From: Ostreococcus lucimarinus
Lineage: Eukaryota
Assembly (NCBI GenBank): GCA_000092065.1
Contig: CP000597.1
Length of the DNA: 64,000 nt
Strand: one strand, 5' to 3'
Each line of letters opens with the position of its first letter. Position 1 is the first letter of the stretch. A program made the translations under genes and the position numbers. This document shows positions 37,830 to 47,492 of the stretch, one piece after another. The notes beneath the pieces are model-generated. The model worked only from the letters and a program-made list of their open reading frames with translations, did no database searches and was not told the DNA's origin.

Positions 37830-40340
37830 CTAGAGATTACACGCCTCGGCACCGCACGCTTGGACGACGCTTGGTCGCTCGGTGCCGACGCCGTCGAACG
37901 GGACGTCGCTCGAGGCAACGAAGACGACTTGTTCGGGCGCAGACGCGCACTTGGGTAAGAATTCCAGGACTTCGCCGATGATGGTGGTGTGCTCGTAACC
38001 AGCGCGTTTTAGCGCTTCGACCGCGGCGTCGGCGCTGGCGCTCGGGAGGGAGGCTAACATCCCGCCCGCGGTTTGCGGATCAAAGAGAAGAGGGTAACGC
38101 GCGGCGCCGGATACGGCGGCTGGATTTGCGATGGCACGCGCCAAGCGCACATTGGCCGGCTGAAGCGAGCTCGTAATGCCGATTTCGACGCACTCTAACG
38201 CCCCAGGAAGCACTGGGAGGGCGTCCATGTCGAGCACGCACGCGGCGCTGCTTCCTTTGCACATCTCCACCAGGTGACCGAGCACGCCGAATCCCGTGAC
38301 GTCGGTGCACGCCGTGGCGCCGTGTTCAAACAAGGTTCGAGCGGCGACCGCGCTGGGCTGTCTCATAGAATCCAAGGCATTGGACACCCACCGTCCCTGC
38401 GCTTTTGATCGCATGTCCGCCGCGAATAGCGTGCCGGTGCCGATGGGCTTGGTGATGATGATTTTGTGACCGGCTCGCATGCCGCCCTTCTTCATCAACT
38501 TTTCCCGCGGTGCGGCGCCGTGCACGGAGAATCCCAGCGATAACTCAGCGCCCTCGGAACTGTGACCGCCGGCCAATCCACATCCAGCGTCGCGTAAAAT
38601 ATCGCACGCACCCGCCATCATTTGATACAACGTCTCCTCCACTTGCGATTCCAATCCGTACGGCACCGTCGCGATTGCAAGCGCGGCGTGCGGGTCGGCA
38701 CCCATGGCCCAGCAGTCTCCGAGCGCGTGCACGGCGGCAATTTGGCCGAAAATGTAAGGGTCGTCCACGAAAGCGCGGAAATAGTCCACGGTCTGCACGC
38801 CAACCATGCCGTCGGGCACAGAAACTACGGCAGCGTCGTCGGGTTGATCGATTCCAACCTCGACGTTCGGGTTCGTCGGAATCGGCTCGAGGCGCTTCAT
38901 CACGCGCGACAGCGTCGTGGCGCCCACCTTGGCGCCACAGCCACCACATCGCATCGGCACCGCGCGAATGGCGGCCATGGTATCTGAGCCCGCGGCGAGC
39001 GCCACTGCGGGTTGCTCGACCTCCGCTTCCTTCATTTCTGGTATCTCTTGATACATTTTCATCCATTTACGGTCAATTTTGTCCTTCCATCGCCACAGGC
39101 GCTCGCCCACGGGGCCGAGACCGCCGAGGGCGAGGTTGCCGTAAGACAACACCGCAGACTTACCGCCGGTGGTGATTAAACCCAAAAATAATTTTTGCGG
39201 GGTGAAATCGACTAAAGGTTCCCCCAGCAACGCACGACGTAGGTTCTTGTCCAACGGAGGCCCTTGACGCACCGCGAAGACTCCCGCCTTTGGTCGCGGA
39301 TGTTTCAGCACGTTTGCAACGTCCCCGGCGGCGAAGATGTTCTTGTGCGACGTCGACTCGAGCGTGGGATTGACTTCGATGAAACCGTTTGCGTCCAACG
39401 CCAAGTTCGTGGACTCGCGCAACCATTTGGCCGCGCCCGCTTGCGTGCACCAAATGCACTCGTCGGCGGAGACGACGCGACCGCTCTCGAGCGTCAATTT
39501 CCCTTGCTCGGCGGTAACCACGCCGTCGCCTTCGATGACGTCCACCCCCGACTCGGCGAAAATATTTAGAAACGTCTTGCGCACCCGCTTAGCGTGCGAC
39601 GGCATCAACGTCCCGCGCGTCACGAGCGTGAACTTGGCCAAGTTTTCATCCATGCCGCGCCGTTTCAACTCCTCTCGCGTGCGATGTCGCATCGAAAGCG
39701 CGAGTTCGGCGCCCCCAGCGCCTCCTCCGACGATCACAACCTCGCAATGCTTCCCCGATTCAATCACGCGTCGCAGCATTGCCTCCCATCGCGCGTTAAA
39801 CCCACATATCGGCTTCACCGGCGTCGCGAACGCCTCCGCGCCTCGCACGTCGCCCGCGCGCGGCGCGATGCCCACGTCAACGCTCGCCACGTCGAATCGC
39901 ACCCCCGGCCTCCCACTCTTCACGATCACTCGCCCATCGTCGTGATCGATCCCGATCGCTTCATCGTGCACGATTCTGAATCCTCCGTTCCGGCACAGCG
40001 GTTCTAAATCCACGCGCGTCTCGTCGTCTTCGTAGTGTCCCGCGACGGCGCCCGGCAGCATGCCCGAGTACGGCGTGTGCAGGTCTTTCGCGATCAGCGT
40101 CACCCGCACTCCCGGCATCGGCGTCATCGCGAGCGATTTCAGCACGTACACGTGCGCGTGACCGCCTCCGACGAGCACCAGGTCCTTGATCGTCGGCGTC
40201 GCCGCGCGCGAGCCGCGCATGTCTGCCGACGACGAAATTGCACTTTTTGTCCCGCGCGTCCCGAAGCGTTTTCTTCGCGACGCGGCGACGAACGACGACG
40301 GGACTCGACGCGGAAGCGCGTGCGAGCGCGCGCTCGGCAT
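37830..40340 (-). CDS. selD: Fusion protein: N-terminal FAD/NAD(P)-binding pyridine nucleotide-disulfide (NADH dehydrogenase-like) oxidoreductase domain + C-terminal selenophosphate synthetase (SelD/SPS, Cys-type)
   Basis: N-terminal Rossmann motif LVLVGGGHAHVYVLK, second dinucleotide motif CEVVIVGGGAGGAELA, and …IFAAGDVA…. C-terminal half aligns with SelD: PMRCGGCGAKVGATTL (cf. E. coli GAGCGCKISP, Cys not Sec at the catalytic position), …DDAAV…, AIR-synthase-like fold motifs …GHSSEGAELSLGFSV…, …VTGFGVLGHLVEM. ATG at 40340. Confidence 0.85.
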   Translation of the reverse strand: MPSARSHALPRRVPSSFVAASRRKRFGTRGTKSAISSSADMRGSRAATPTIKDLVLVGGGHAHVYVLKSLAMTPMPGVRVTLIAKDLHTPYSGMLPGAVAGHYEDDETRVDLEPLCRNGGFRIVHDEAIGIDHDDGRVIVKSGRPGVRFDVASVDVGIAPRAGDVRGAEAFATPVKPICGFNARWEAMLRRVIESGKHCEVVIVGGGAGGAELALSMRHRTREELKRRGMDENLAKFTLVTRGTLMPSHAKRVRKTFLNIFAESGVDVIEGDGVVTAEQGKLTLESGRVVSADECIWCTQAGAAKWLRESTNLALDANGFIEVNPTLESTSHKNIFAAGDVANVLKHPRPKAGVFAVRQGPPLDKNLRRALLGEPLVDFTPQKLFLGLITTGGKSAVLSYGNLALGGLGPVGERLWRWKDKIDRKWMKMYQEIPEMKEAEVEQPAVALAAGSDTMAAIRAVPMRCGGCGAKVGATTLSRVMKRLEPIPTNPNVEVGIDQPDDAAVVSVPDGMVGVQTVDYFRAFVDDPYIFGQIAAVHALGDCWAMGADPHAALAIATVPYGLESQVEETLYQMMAGACDILRDAGCGLAGGHSSEGAELSLGFSVHGAAPREKLMKKGGMRAGHKIIITKPIGTGTLFAADMRSKAQGRWVSNALDSMRQPSAVAARTLFEHGATACTDVTGFGVLGHLVEMCKGSSAACVLDMDALPVLPGALECVEIGITSSLQPANVRLARAIANPAAVSGAARYPLLFDPQTAGGMLASLPSASADAAVEALKRAGYEHTTIIGEVLEFLPKCASAPEQVVFVASSDVPFDGVGTERPSVVQACGAEACNL

Positions 40341-40457
40341 GCACGCGCGACGGGCGCGAGTCGCGCCGCGCGCGCGTCGAGGTGTGCGGGGACGATCGCG
40401 CGATTCACGACGACGACGACGACGGACAAAGCGGCGCTGCGGGGTGTGACTACAAGA

Positions 40458-41573
40458 CTAGAAGCGACCGCCGCCGAAGATGCGACGTAAAATAAATCGA
40501 ATGATCTGCTGAAGGATGCGCGCGCCGAAGGTGGCGACGAATCTGACGAACGCTATTCGAGCGACTCGAGCGGCGCCGACGGCGAGCTCCACGAGCGGAT
40601 TCACGCCCACGACGGAACCGGGCGGTGGAGGCGCTCTCGCGCCGCGCGCGGCGCCCGCGCTCGTCGATTGTTGACGCCAAGGATCTTGCGCGCCGCCGCC
40701 GCGACCGACGACGCGTTCGGTGACGCTCTCGCTCACGACGCCGTTCGGCGCTCGAGATCGAACGACGCGCCGGATAACCGTCTCCCCTCGCGCGTTCACG
40801 TACGACGTCTCCGAGATCTCGTTCGCGACTTGTTCGCTGAACAACGTTTTGAATAAATCGTTCAAATCGTACGCGCTCATCCCGCGCCCGAACGCGAACC
40901 CTCCCGCGCCGAACCCCGGCGCGCCGAATCCCGGCGCGCCGAATCCCGGCGCCCGCCCTCGCGTCGCCGCTTCCCGCATCGCTCGCTCGAGCTCGCGTAT
41001 GAAACTCGACGAATCGTTCCCAAACATTTCCCTAAACACCCTCTCCGCGTCCTCGCGCGTGAAATCTCGCCTGTACTCGTACCCGTACCCTCCCGGCGTC
41101 TCGCCGCCGCGACGCGCGTTCGCCGCCCGCGCGCGTCTCGCGAAATCCTCCGCGCCGCCGCCGCGTCCTCCCCCTCCAGACGCCCTCGCGCGTCGCTCTC
41201 CCCCCCCCGGCGCGCTCAGCGCCTGATACGCCGCGCTTATCCTCTTGAATCGCGCCTCCGCGCGCGCCTTCGCGTCGCCCTGGTGCCGGTCCGGGTGCCA
41301 CTTCAGCGCCTCCCGTCGATACGCCCGCTTCACCTCGTCCGCGCTCGCGCCGCGCGCGACGCCGAGCAGCGCGTGCGGATCGTCCTCGATCGTCGACGCG
41401 GCGTACGCGCGCGCGGATTCGCGACGCCGCGCGTTTCCGTCGCGCCGTTGAAAATCATCCGTCGCGCCTCGCGTCGCCTCCCGGACGCGCGACGCGACGC
41501 GCGCGGCGTCCGACGCGCGCGCCGGACGCGCGCCGGACGCGCGCTTTCCGACGCGCGACGCGACGCGCCGCAT
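40458..41573 (-). CDS. DnaJ (J-domain) co-chaperone with Gly/Phe-rich region
   Basis: J domain [36 protein letters not shown]…[11 protein letters not shown] contains the HPD tripeptide. G/F region [22 protein letters not shown]. Arg-rich N-terminal ~60 aa could be a presequence. ATG at 41573. Confidence 0.8.
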   Translation of the reverse strand: MRRVASRVGKRASGARPARASDAARVASRVREATRGATDDFQRRDGNARRRESARAYAASTIEDDPHALLGVARGASADEVKRAYRREALKWHPDRHQGDAKARAEARFKRISAAYQALSAPGGGERRARASGGGGRGGGAEDFARRARAANARRGGETPGGYGYEYRRDFTREDAERVFREMFGNDSSSFIRELERAMREAATRGRAPGFGAPGFGAPGFGAGGFAFGRGMSAYDLNDLFKTLFSEQVANEISETSYVNARGETVIRRVVRSRAPNGVVSESVTERVVGRGGGAQDPWRQQSTSAGAARGARAPPPPGSVVGVNPLVELAVGAARVARIAFVRFVATFGARILQQIIRFILRRIFGGGRF

Positions 41574-41682
41574 CGCGAATCCGCGCGTCGCGGAGTGACG
41601 CGCGCTTTATCCATCGGTGTGAGAACGTGGTCGGCACTCATCGCCGCGCGCGCGTCGCCGCGCGTCGCGGTTCGAGCGCGCG

Positions 41683-43683
41683 ATGCGCGTCGCGACGTCC
41701 GCGACGTCCGCGCGCGCGCTCGGCGCGCCGTCCCTCGCGCGCGCCGTCCCTCGCGCGCCGCGAATCGCGCGCGCGAACCGCGCGCGATGGATGAAGCGCG
41801 CGCGCGCGACGACGACGACGCGCGACGACGCGACGAGAGACGACGACGACGCGCGCGCGGCGACGATTCACGTGCCGTCGCTCGTGCGGCGCATGCGAGC
41901 GATCGCGCGGCGCGGATGCGCGATCATTCGAGAGGTGACGGAGGGCGGCGACGTCGGCGCGCGGGACAAGGGCGGCGCGCAGCGGGCGGACGGGACGTAC
42001 GTGGCGGACGCGCAGACGGAGGCGGATCGACGCGTGGAGGCGATGGCGATCGGTGCGCTGCGAGCGTTTTCGAAGGATTTGAATCTGGTGGCGGAGGAGA
42101 GCTTCGAGTGCGCGGCGACGATCGAGGCGTACGCGGGGGCGGGGGAGTGGACGACGATCGCGGATCTGGAGGCGGAGGACGAGGACGAGGCGGACGAGAC
42201 GTGGGCGCCGGAACTGAGAAAACCGATCGCGGCGTCGAGGGTGGCGGTGTATTGCGATCCGTTGGATGGGACGAACGAGTACGCGGCGGGTGAGCGGGAG
42301 GCGATCACGGTGCTGTTGGGGGTGGCGGTGGACGGGACGCCGCGCGCGGGGGTCATCGGACAGCCGTTTCACGAGCGCGGGAAGAGCGAGGATTTGGGTC
42401 GGGTGGTTTGGGGAGGCGCCGGCGTCGGCGTGCACGGATTGGACATCGCCGAAGACGCGCTGGCGCCGCCCGTGCCGCCGCACGGCGCGCACGTGGTGGC
42501 GGTGAATAGGAATTTACGAGAAAACAGACAGGCGCCCGTGCTCGAGGCGTTGCAATCGCGCGTGGACGTCGTCATCAGCGCCACGGGATTTCATTATTTG
42601 ATGCTCCTGGAGCGGCGCGCGCACAGCGCTTTATTACTTAGGAAAGCGTCAAAGAAGTGGGACACGTGCGCGGGGGAGGCGCTGCTGCGTGCGACGGGAG
42701 GAATCGTCACCGACACCGTCGGTCGGCGGTACGACTACTCGTACAACTTGAACGCGTTGCCGAATCTGAGCGGCATGGCGGCGAGTTTAGACGTCGGCAT
42801 GCACTGCGAGATGACGGGAATCATTCGAGACGTCATCGAACCGCTCGGTGATTATCCGTACGACGTCGATGATCCCTCCATCAGACCGAGCGTGCTCGAC
42901 GGCGTGCAAACGCCCGCCGGCGGCTGGCGCGCCGTCACGGTGGACGTCGGCGGATGTCTCATCGAGCCTCGCGAACGCGTCGCTGACGTGTACGCGCGCA
43001 CCGCGCGCTCGATCGGTATCGATTACGTAACCAGCGAAACCGCGTCGCACGATTTCAAAGAGGCTTTCGCCAAGTTTCGCGGCTCGGATGAACCGAACGC
43101 CATGCGATACTACGACGACGGGAAATCGTTTTGGCGTAAAGTCATCGCGCACGTGTTATCGCGCGGCGGGGCTCGAGCTTCCGCGGATGACGCCGTCGTG
43201 GAAACGATGTTGACGAAGCTGTATGAATATTACGAGCACCCGAGCGCGTGGTACGTCGCGCACGGCGCCGTCGACGCCATCTCCCGACTCCGAAGATCCG
43301 GCGTCAAAGTCGCCGTGGCGTCGAATTGGGATTCCAGGTTACCTAAACTTTTGGAATCCCTCGATTTGGCGCGACATTTCGACGCCATCGTCGTCTCAGC
43401 CATCGAAGGGTGCGAAAAGCCATCCAAAGAGTTCTTCACGAAGTGTCTCAACGCCGTGGACGTCCCCGCGTCTGCGACTTTACACGTCGGCGACGACGAG
43501 CGAAACGACGTCTCCGGCGCCGTCGCCGCCGATTTCGCGTGCGCCGTCCTGTGGGCGCCGCCGCGTCCCGCCACCGCTTCCAGTCCCGCCCCCGCCCCGC
43601 GCGTGCGAGACTTCAACGAGCTCACCGACGCGATATTATCCGCCAACCGCGCGCACGTCACCCACAAACACTATTTTCAGTAA
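41683..43683 (+). CDS. Two-domain fusion: inositol-monophosphatase-family / 3'(2'),5'-bisphosphate nucleotidase-like domain + HAD-superfamily (subfamily IA) hydrolase domain
   Basis: ATG at 41683. IMPase-family metal-binding motifs …VYCDPLDGTNEYAAGE… and …WDTCAGEALLRATGGIVTD. C-terminal HAD motifs: …AVTVDVGGCLIEP (motif I DxG-type), …KVAVASNWDSRL… (motif II), …HVGDDERNDVSGA (motif IV). Confidence 0.75.
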   Translation: MRVATSATSARALGAPSLARAVPRAPRIARANRARWMKRARATTTTRDDATRDDDDARAATIHVPSLVRRMRAIARRGCAIIREVTEGGDVGARDKGGAQRADGTYVADAQTEADRRVEAMAIGALRAFSKDLNLVAEESFECAATIEAYAGAGEWTTIADLEAEDEDEADETWAPELRKPIAASRVAVYCDPLDGTNEYAAGEREAITVLLGVAVDGTPRAGVIGQPFHERGKSEDLGRVVWGGAGVGVHGLDIAEDALAPPVPPHGAHVVAVNRNLRENRQAPVLEALQSRVDVVISATGFHYLMLLERRAHSALLLRKASKKWDTCAGEALLRATGGIVTDTVGRRYDYSYNLNALPNLSGMAASLDVGMHCEMTGIIRDVIEPLGDYPYDVDDPSIRPSVLDGVQTPAGGWRAVTVDVGGCLIEPRERVADVYARTARSIGIDYVTSETASHDFKEAFAKFRGSDEPNAMRYYDDGKSFWRKVIAHVLSRGGARASADDAVVETMLTKLYEYYEHPSAWYVAHGAVDAISRLRRSGVKVAVASNWDSRLPKLLESLDLARHFDAIVVSAIEGCEKPSKEFFTKCLNAVDVPASATLHVGDDERNDVSGAVAADFACAVLWAPPRPATASSPAPAPRVRDFNELTDAILSANRAHVTHKHYFQ

Positions 43684-44031
43684 CCGTCGCGCGAATCGAT
43701 TCGATCTCGCGATGTAACATCGAGCCCGCGCGTCCACATGGGACACCTTGACCCCTCACACGGCGTCGCGTCGTTCGCGCGGTCGTCATCGGCGCCCGTG
43801 AAACGTCTTTAGAACCACCCTCGTTCGCCGCGCGGGCTGGACCTCGCGTCGTCTCGCGTCGTCGGACGTCATCTTTCCCGCGTTCGGCGCGTTTGGCTTG
43901 AAATCTCATCGCGGCGGCGTTCGGGTTCGTCGCGCGCGCGAGTCGTCGTCGAACGTCGCGCGGCGAAGTCATCGATCGCCGTGGATTCGTTCGGAAGACT
44001 TCGCGTGCGCGCCGTTTGCGCGACGTAGACG

Positions 44032-45747
44032 ATGGAACCCGCGGGACGACGACGCCGGGACCGACGGGCGCCGAGCGCCGGGACGTCGCGGTCGGCGTCG
44101 CCGGCGAACGCGCCGTCGGGACGCGCTTCTTCAGATTTTACGCCGCAAACGCCGACGACGCGAGATCGCGAGAGCGCGCGCGCGGTGCCGACGGCAGCGG
44201 TTCAAGCGCAGACGCAACCACCGTTGCCACCGACGCCACCGCCGGACGCGAAGACGGGAGATGTGAAAATTTTGGGTCGGCGACATCGCGAGCGCGGCGG
44301 CGGCGGGCGAGGCGCGGGACGCGGGACGTCGCCGGGAGCGGTGGCGCGAGCGCCGGTGGCGGTCCCGGTCGCGAGCGATCACTCGGTGTCGCCCACGCAC
44401 GGCGCACACGTGCCGAGTCACGTACCGAGCCCGATGAGTTTGGACTCGCCGAGCGCGCGCGCGGCGCAAGGACGCGAAGTTATCGATTTGAGCGCGGAAA
44501 TGTACGAGGACGAACAGCCGTACGTGGAAATTTTGCACATTCCGAACAACAAGGTTGGATTGGTGATCGGACGCGACGGACGACACGTTGGATTCGTACA
44601 GAATCGCACGGGGACGCGGATATCGATCGCGAGAGATTCGTGGGATGGGTCTAGGCGACGCGTGGAAATCGAAGGACCGCCGGAGCGGTGCCGGGAGGCG
44701 GCGACGATGATTCAGCGACTGATCGCATCCGCGGATGATCGCGATCGGGAGATCAGTGAGGGCGCGATCAGGGCGTTGTTTGAGGGGTTGGAGGTCGCGG
44801 AAACCGCGGTGATGGCGGCGAACGTCGTCGCGAGTCAACGGGCGAGGGAAGAATTGGCGGACGACGCGGATGCGCAATTCGACGATTCGTCGGCGGATTT
44901 CGACGGTCGCGGTATGCCTGGCGCGCCGCGAGGTGCGCCACCGTCCGCGAGACAAGGACCGGCGACGGCGACGATGACGATTCCGCACACGAAAGTCGGG
45001 ATGATCATCGGTCGGGGCGGAGATAACGTCAAGTACATTCAGCAACAGACGCACGCGCGGATTCAGATTCAGACGGATGCGGAGACGCCCGAGGGCGCGC
45101 CCAATCGTATGGTTTACCTTCGCGGTCCCGTGGAAGCCTGCCGTCACGCCGCGCGATTGATCAACGATATGTGCATCGGTCGAGTGCTCATTCACGCGCC
45201 CGTGCCGCATCACGGAGCTTTGATGACGCCAGCCATGCCCGGAGAACCGCTCGATCGCGGCGATCGCGGCGCGGGGAAAGCCGTCGCGTCCGGGGGCGGT
45301 GGCGCGCCGCCGTACCCGAGCTCGAGATCGGCGTACGGACCGATGCAAATCGATTACTCCGCGATACCCGCGATGTACCCACCGCCGTATTTCGGGCAGC
45401 CTTACACGGGACTTTACAACGTCGGCGCGTACCCTCACGAGATGATGCCGTACTGGAACCAATACGCGACGTACTACGGTCAGCCGCCGATGATGACTCC
45501 GTACGATCTGGGCGGCAAGGAAGGACAGACGGTGTACTACGAACAACCCGCGACGCCACCGTTTCGTTACGGCGAGGAAATCGAGCGCGGCCAGGGTGAA
45601 AGCGAAGGCGAGGTCGAGGTCGAGGGCGAAGGCGTCGCCGAGCCCCAACCGCGCGCCGATTCGCCCTCGTCGCCCGAATCGAAAGACGCCGTCTCGGACT
45701 CCACGCGATCTCCGACGACGCCCAAACAACACCAGCGGCAAACATGA
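44032..45747 (+). CDS. KH-domain RNA-binding protein (FUBP/KHSRP-like) with Pro/Tyr/Gln-rich C-terminus
   Basis: ATG at 44032. At least two type-I KH domains (…ILHIPNNKVGLVIGRDGRHVGFVQNRTGTRISI… and …TIPHTKVGMIIGRGGDNVKYIQQQTHARIQIQ…) with the GxxG loop. C-terminal …PPYFGQPYTGLYNVGAYPHEMMPYWNQYATYYGQPPMM…. Confidence 0.75.
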   Translation: MEPAGRRRRDRRAPSAGTSRSASPANAPSGRASSDFTPQTPTTRDRESARAVPTAAVQAQTQPPLPPTPPPDAKTGDVKILGRRHRERGGGGRGAGRGTSPGAVARAPVAVPVASDHSVSPTHGAHVPSHVPSPMSLDSPSARAAQGREVIDLSAEMYEDEQPYVEILHIPNNKVGLVIGRDGRHVGFVQNRTGTRISIARDSWDGSRRRVEIEGPPERCREAATMIQRLIASADDRDREISEGAIRALFEGLEVAETAVMAANVVASQRAREELADDADAQFDDSSADFDGRGMPGAPRGAPPSARQGPATATMTIPHTKVGMIIGRGGDNVKYIQQQTHARIQIQTDAETPEGAPNRMVYLRGPVEACRHAARLINDMCIGRVLIHAPVPHHGALMTPAMPGEPLDRGDRGAGKAVASGGGGAPPYPSSRSAYGPMQIDYSAIPAMYPPPYFGQPYTGLYNVGAYPHEMMPYWNQYATYYGQPPMMTPYDLGGKEGQTVYYEQPATPPFRYGEEIERGQGESEGEVEVEGEGVAEPQPRADSPSSPESKDAVSDSTRSPTTPKQHQRQT

Positions 45748-46452
45748 CGCGACGCGCGAGACGAACGAGCTCGACGAGACGCTCGCGAACGAATTTGACG
45801 AGACGCCGCGAACCGCGAACCGCGCCGAGCGCAGACTTCGCTCGCGCGCTACGCGCAATCAATCATCATTACACCGATCGCTCGCCAATCTCTCACACAC
45901 CTATCCAATCCATCGTTTAAAATCGCGTCGGTCACCGCCGCCGTCGCAGTCCCAGAACCCCTTTCCCCGCGCGTCGCGCCTCTCGCGTCACCGCGCTCGC
46001 CACCGCGTCCAGCTCCAACCTCGCCCGCTCGCTCCTCGACCGCGCCACCATCACCGCCGCGCTCACCACCGCGATCACCATCACGCACAGGATCGTCCTG
46101 CGTCATCGCGCGCGTCCGCGCGTCGGAGTCAGTCTCTCGTCTCGCGTCGCGCGCGCGCGCGTCGTCGTCGTCGTCGTCGCGCGCGCCTGTGTTTCCGTCG
46201 GAGCCATCGCGGGGTGTTCGGCAGGTCGAGCCCGCGCCCGCGCAGCGACTTGACGCTCGACATCGCGTGCTCGATGTGCGTCAGCGAATCGCTTCGACGC
46301 ATCGCGCGCGACGACGCGACGCGACGGCGCGACGCGACGGCGCGTCGCGAAGTGCGAACGCGGTCGAGCGGTCGACGGTCGAGGGCGACGCGCGCGGCAT
46401 CGCGCGACGCGCGCGCGACGGCGCGACGCGAGGACGCGCGCGCGACGGGGGG

Positions 46453-47457
46453 ATGGCGACGGAGGCGGCGACGCGCGACGCGCGCGGCGCGGTGTTCAGG
46501 CGCGGCGCGAAGGCGACGCAGACGCCGGTGGATGGGGCGCTGAGCGAGGCGCAAAAAACGCGACGCGCGAGCGCGCTGGCGTCGCTGCGCGCGCACTGCG
46601 ACGCGACGCGAGGGCAGAAGAGCGCGGTGATGCCGTGCGCGATCTGGCGGGCGACGAAACGGCGCGCGGAGGTGGTGAGACACCGAGGAAGGCATTTTAC
46701 GCGATTCGGGTGCGCGCGCGGCGACGGCGTGTGGCTGAGCGCGGAGGAGTGCGCGTTTTTGGTGGAAACGGAGCGGTTGGCGCTGTTCTTCAGCGAGAAG
46801 GACGAGCGATGCGCGAGCGTGCGCGCGGTGTATCGCCTGATGGCGCGGGTGGGGGTGTCGCGGGAGGCGTACCTGGCGTACGCGCACGTGTGCCGGTTGG
46901 GATACGTGTGCCGACGGTTCGGGAGCGCGTGGACGATGGAGGCGAGGGCGAGCGATGCGGACTTGGTCGCGGCGACGGAGGGGTTGGGAATTTGGAAGCG
47001 CGCGCGAGAGGGCGAGGACGGTGCCGTGGACGACGATCGGGACGCGGTGAAGAGACGGAAAATCGCGCCGTCGACGCGCGAGATTAAAAAGACGCCGAGG
47101 CAGCGAGAATTACAGAGTCGGCGGTGGTGGTTCGCGTCTGGCGCGATCGAACACGAGTGGATCGGGCCGGAAATAGATGCGGCGATCGAGGCGAACGCAA
47201 AACCGCCGTATGCGATGACTTTGGAGTACGACGAGACGCCCGTGCGCGTGGCGCCGACGTTTCAGGTGTACCAACCGAATAGGAATTTTAGCAAAAAGTC
47301 ACCAGACCCGGTGAGTTTTTACCTGTACGTCGCGTCGGAGCGACCACCGAACGGGCGAGAGACGCGATCGCTCATAGAGCAAGCGAATGGGAAGCCAGTG
47401 CGCGTGGCGAGCTGTCGACAGTCGACGGTTATGATGTTTACGCTGTCAGACGCCTGA
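46453..47457 (+). CDS. SEN54: tRNA-splicing endonuclease subunit Sen54
   Basis: ORF track 46189 starts with GTG; first ATG at 46453. Sen54 N-terminal box …DGVWLSAEECAFLVETERLALFF… (cf. human …HPEEALYLLECGSIHLF…). …AYAHVCRLGYVCRRF… (cf. …FSHLKRLGYVVRRF…). C-terminal box …FQVYQPNRNFSKKSPDPVSFYLYV… (cf. …[20 protein letters not shown]…). Confidence 0.65.
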   Translation: MATEAATRDARGAVFRRGAKATQTPVDGALSEAQKTRRASALASLRAHCDATRGQKSAVMPCAIWRATKRRAEVVRHRGRHFTRFGCARGDGVWLSAEECAFLVETERLALFFSEKDERCASVRAVYRLMARVGVSREAYLAYAHVCRLGYVCRRFGSAWTMEARASDADLVAATEGLGIWKRAREGEDGAVDDDRDAVKRRKIAPSTREIKKTPRQRELQSRRWWFASGAIEHEWIGPEIDAAIEANAKPPYAMTLEYDETPVRVAPTFQVYQPNRNFSKKSPDPVSFYLYVASERPPNGRETRSLIEQANGKPVRVASCRQSTVMMFTLSDA

Positions 47458-47492
47458 AGACGAAATTGTAAAGTAAAATTCTGTTGGTAAAA

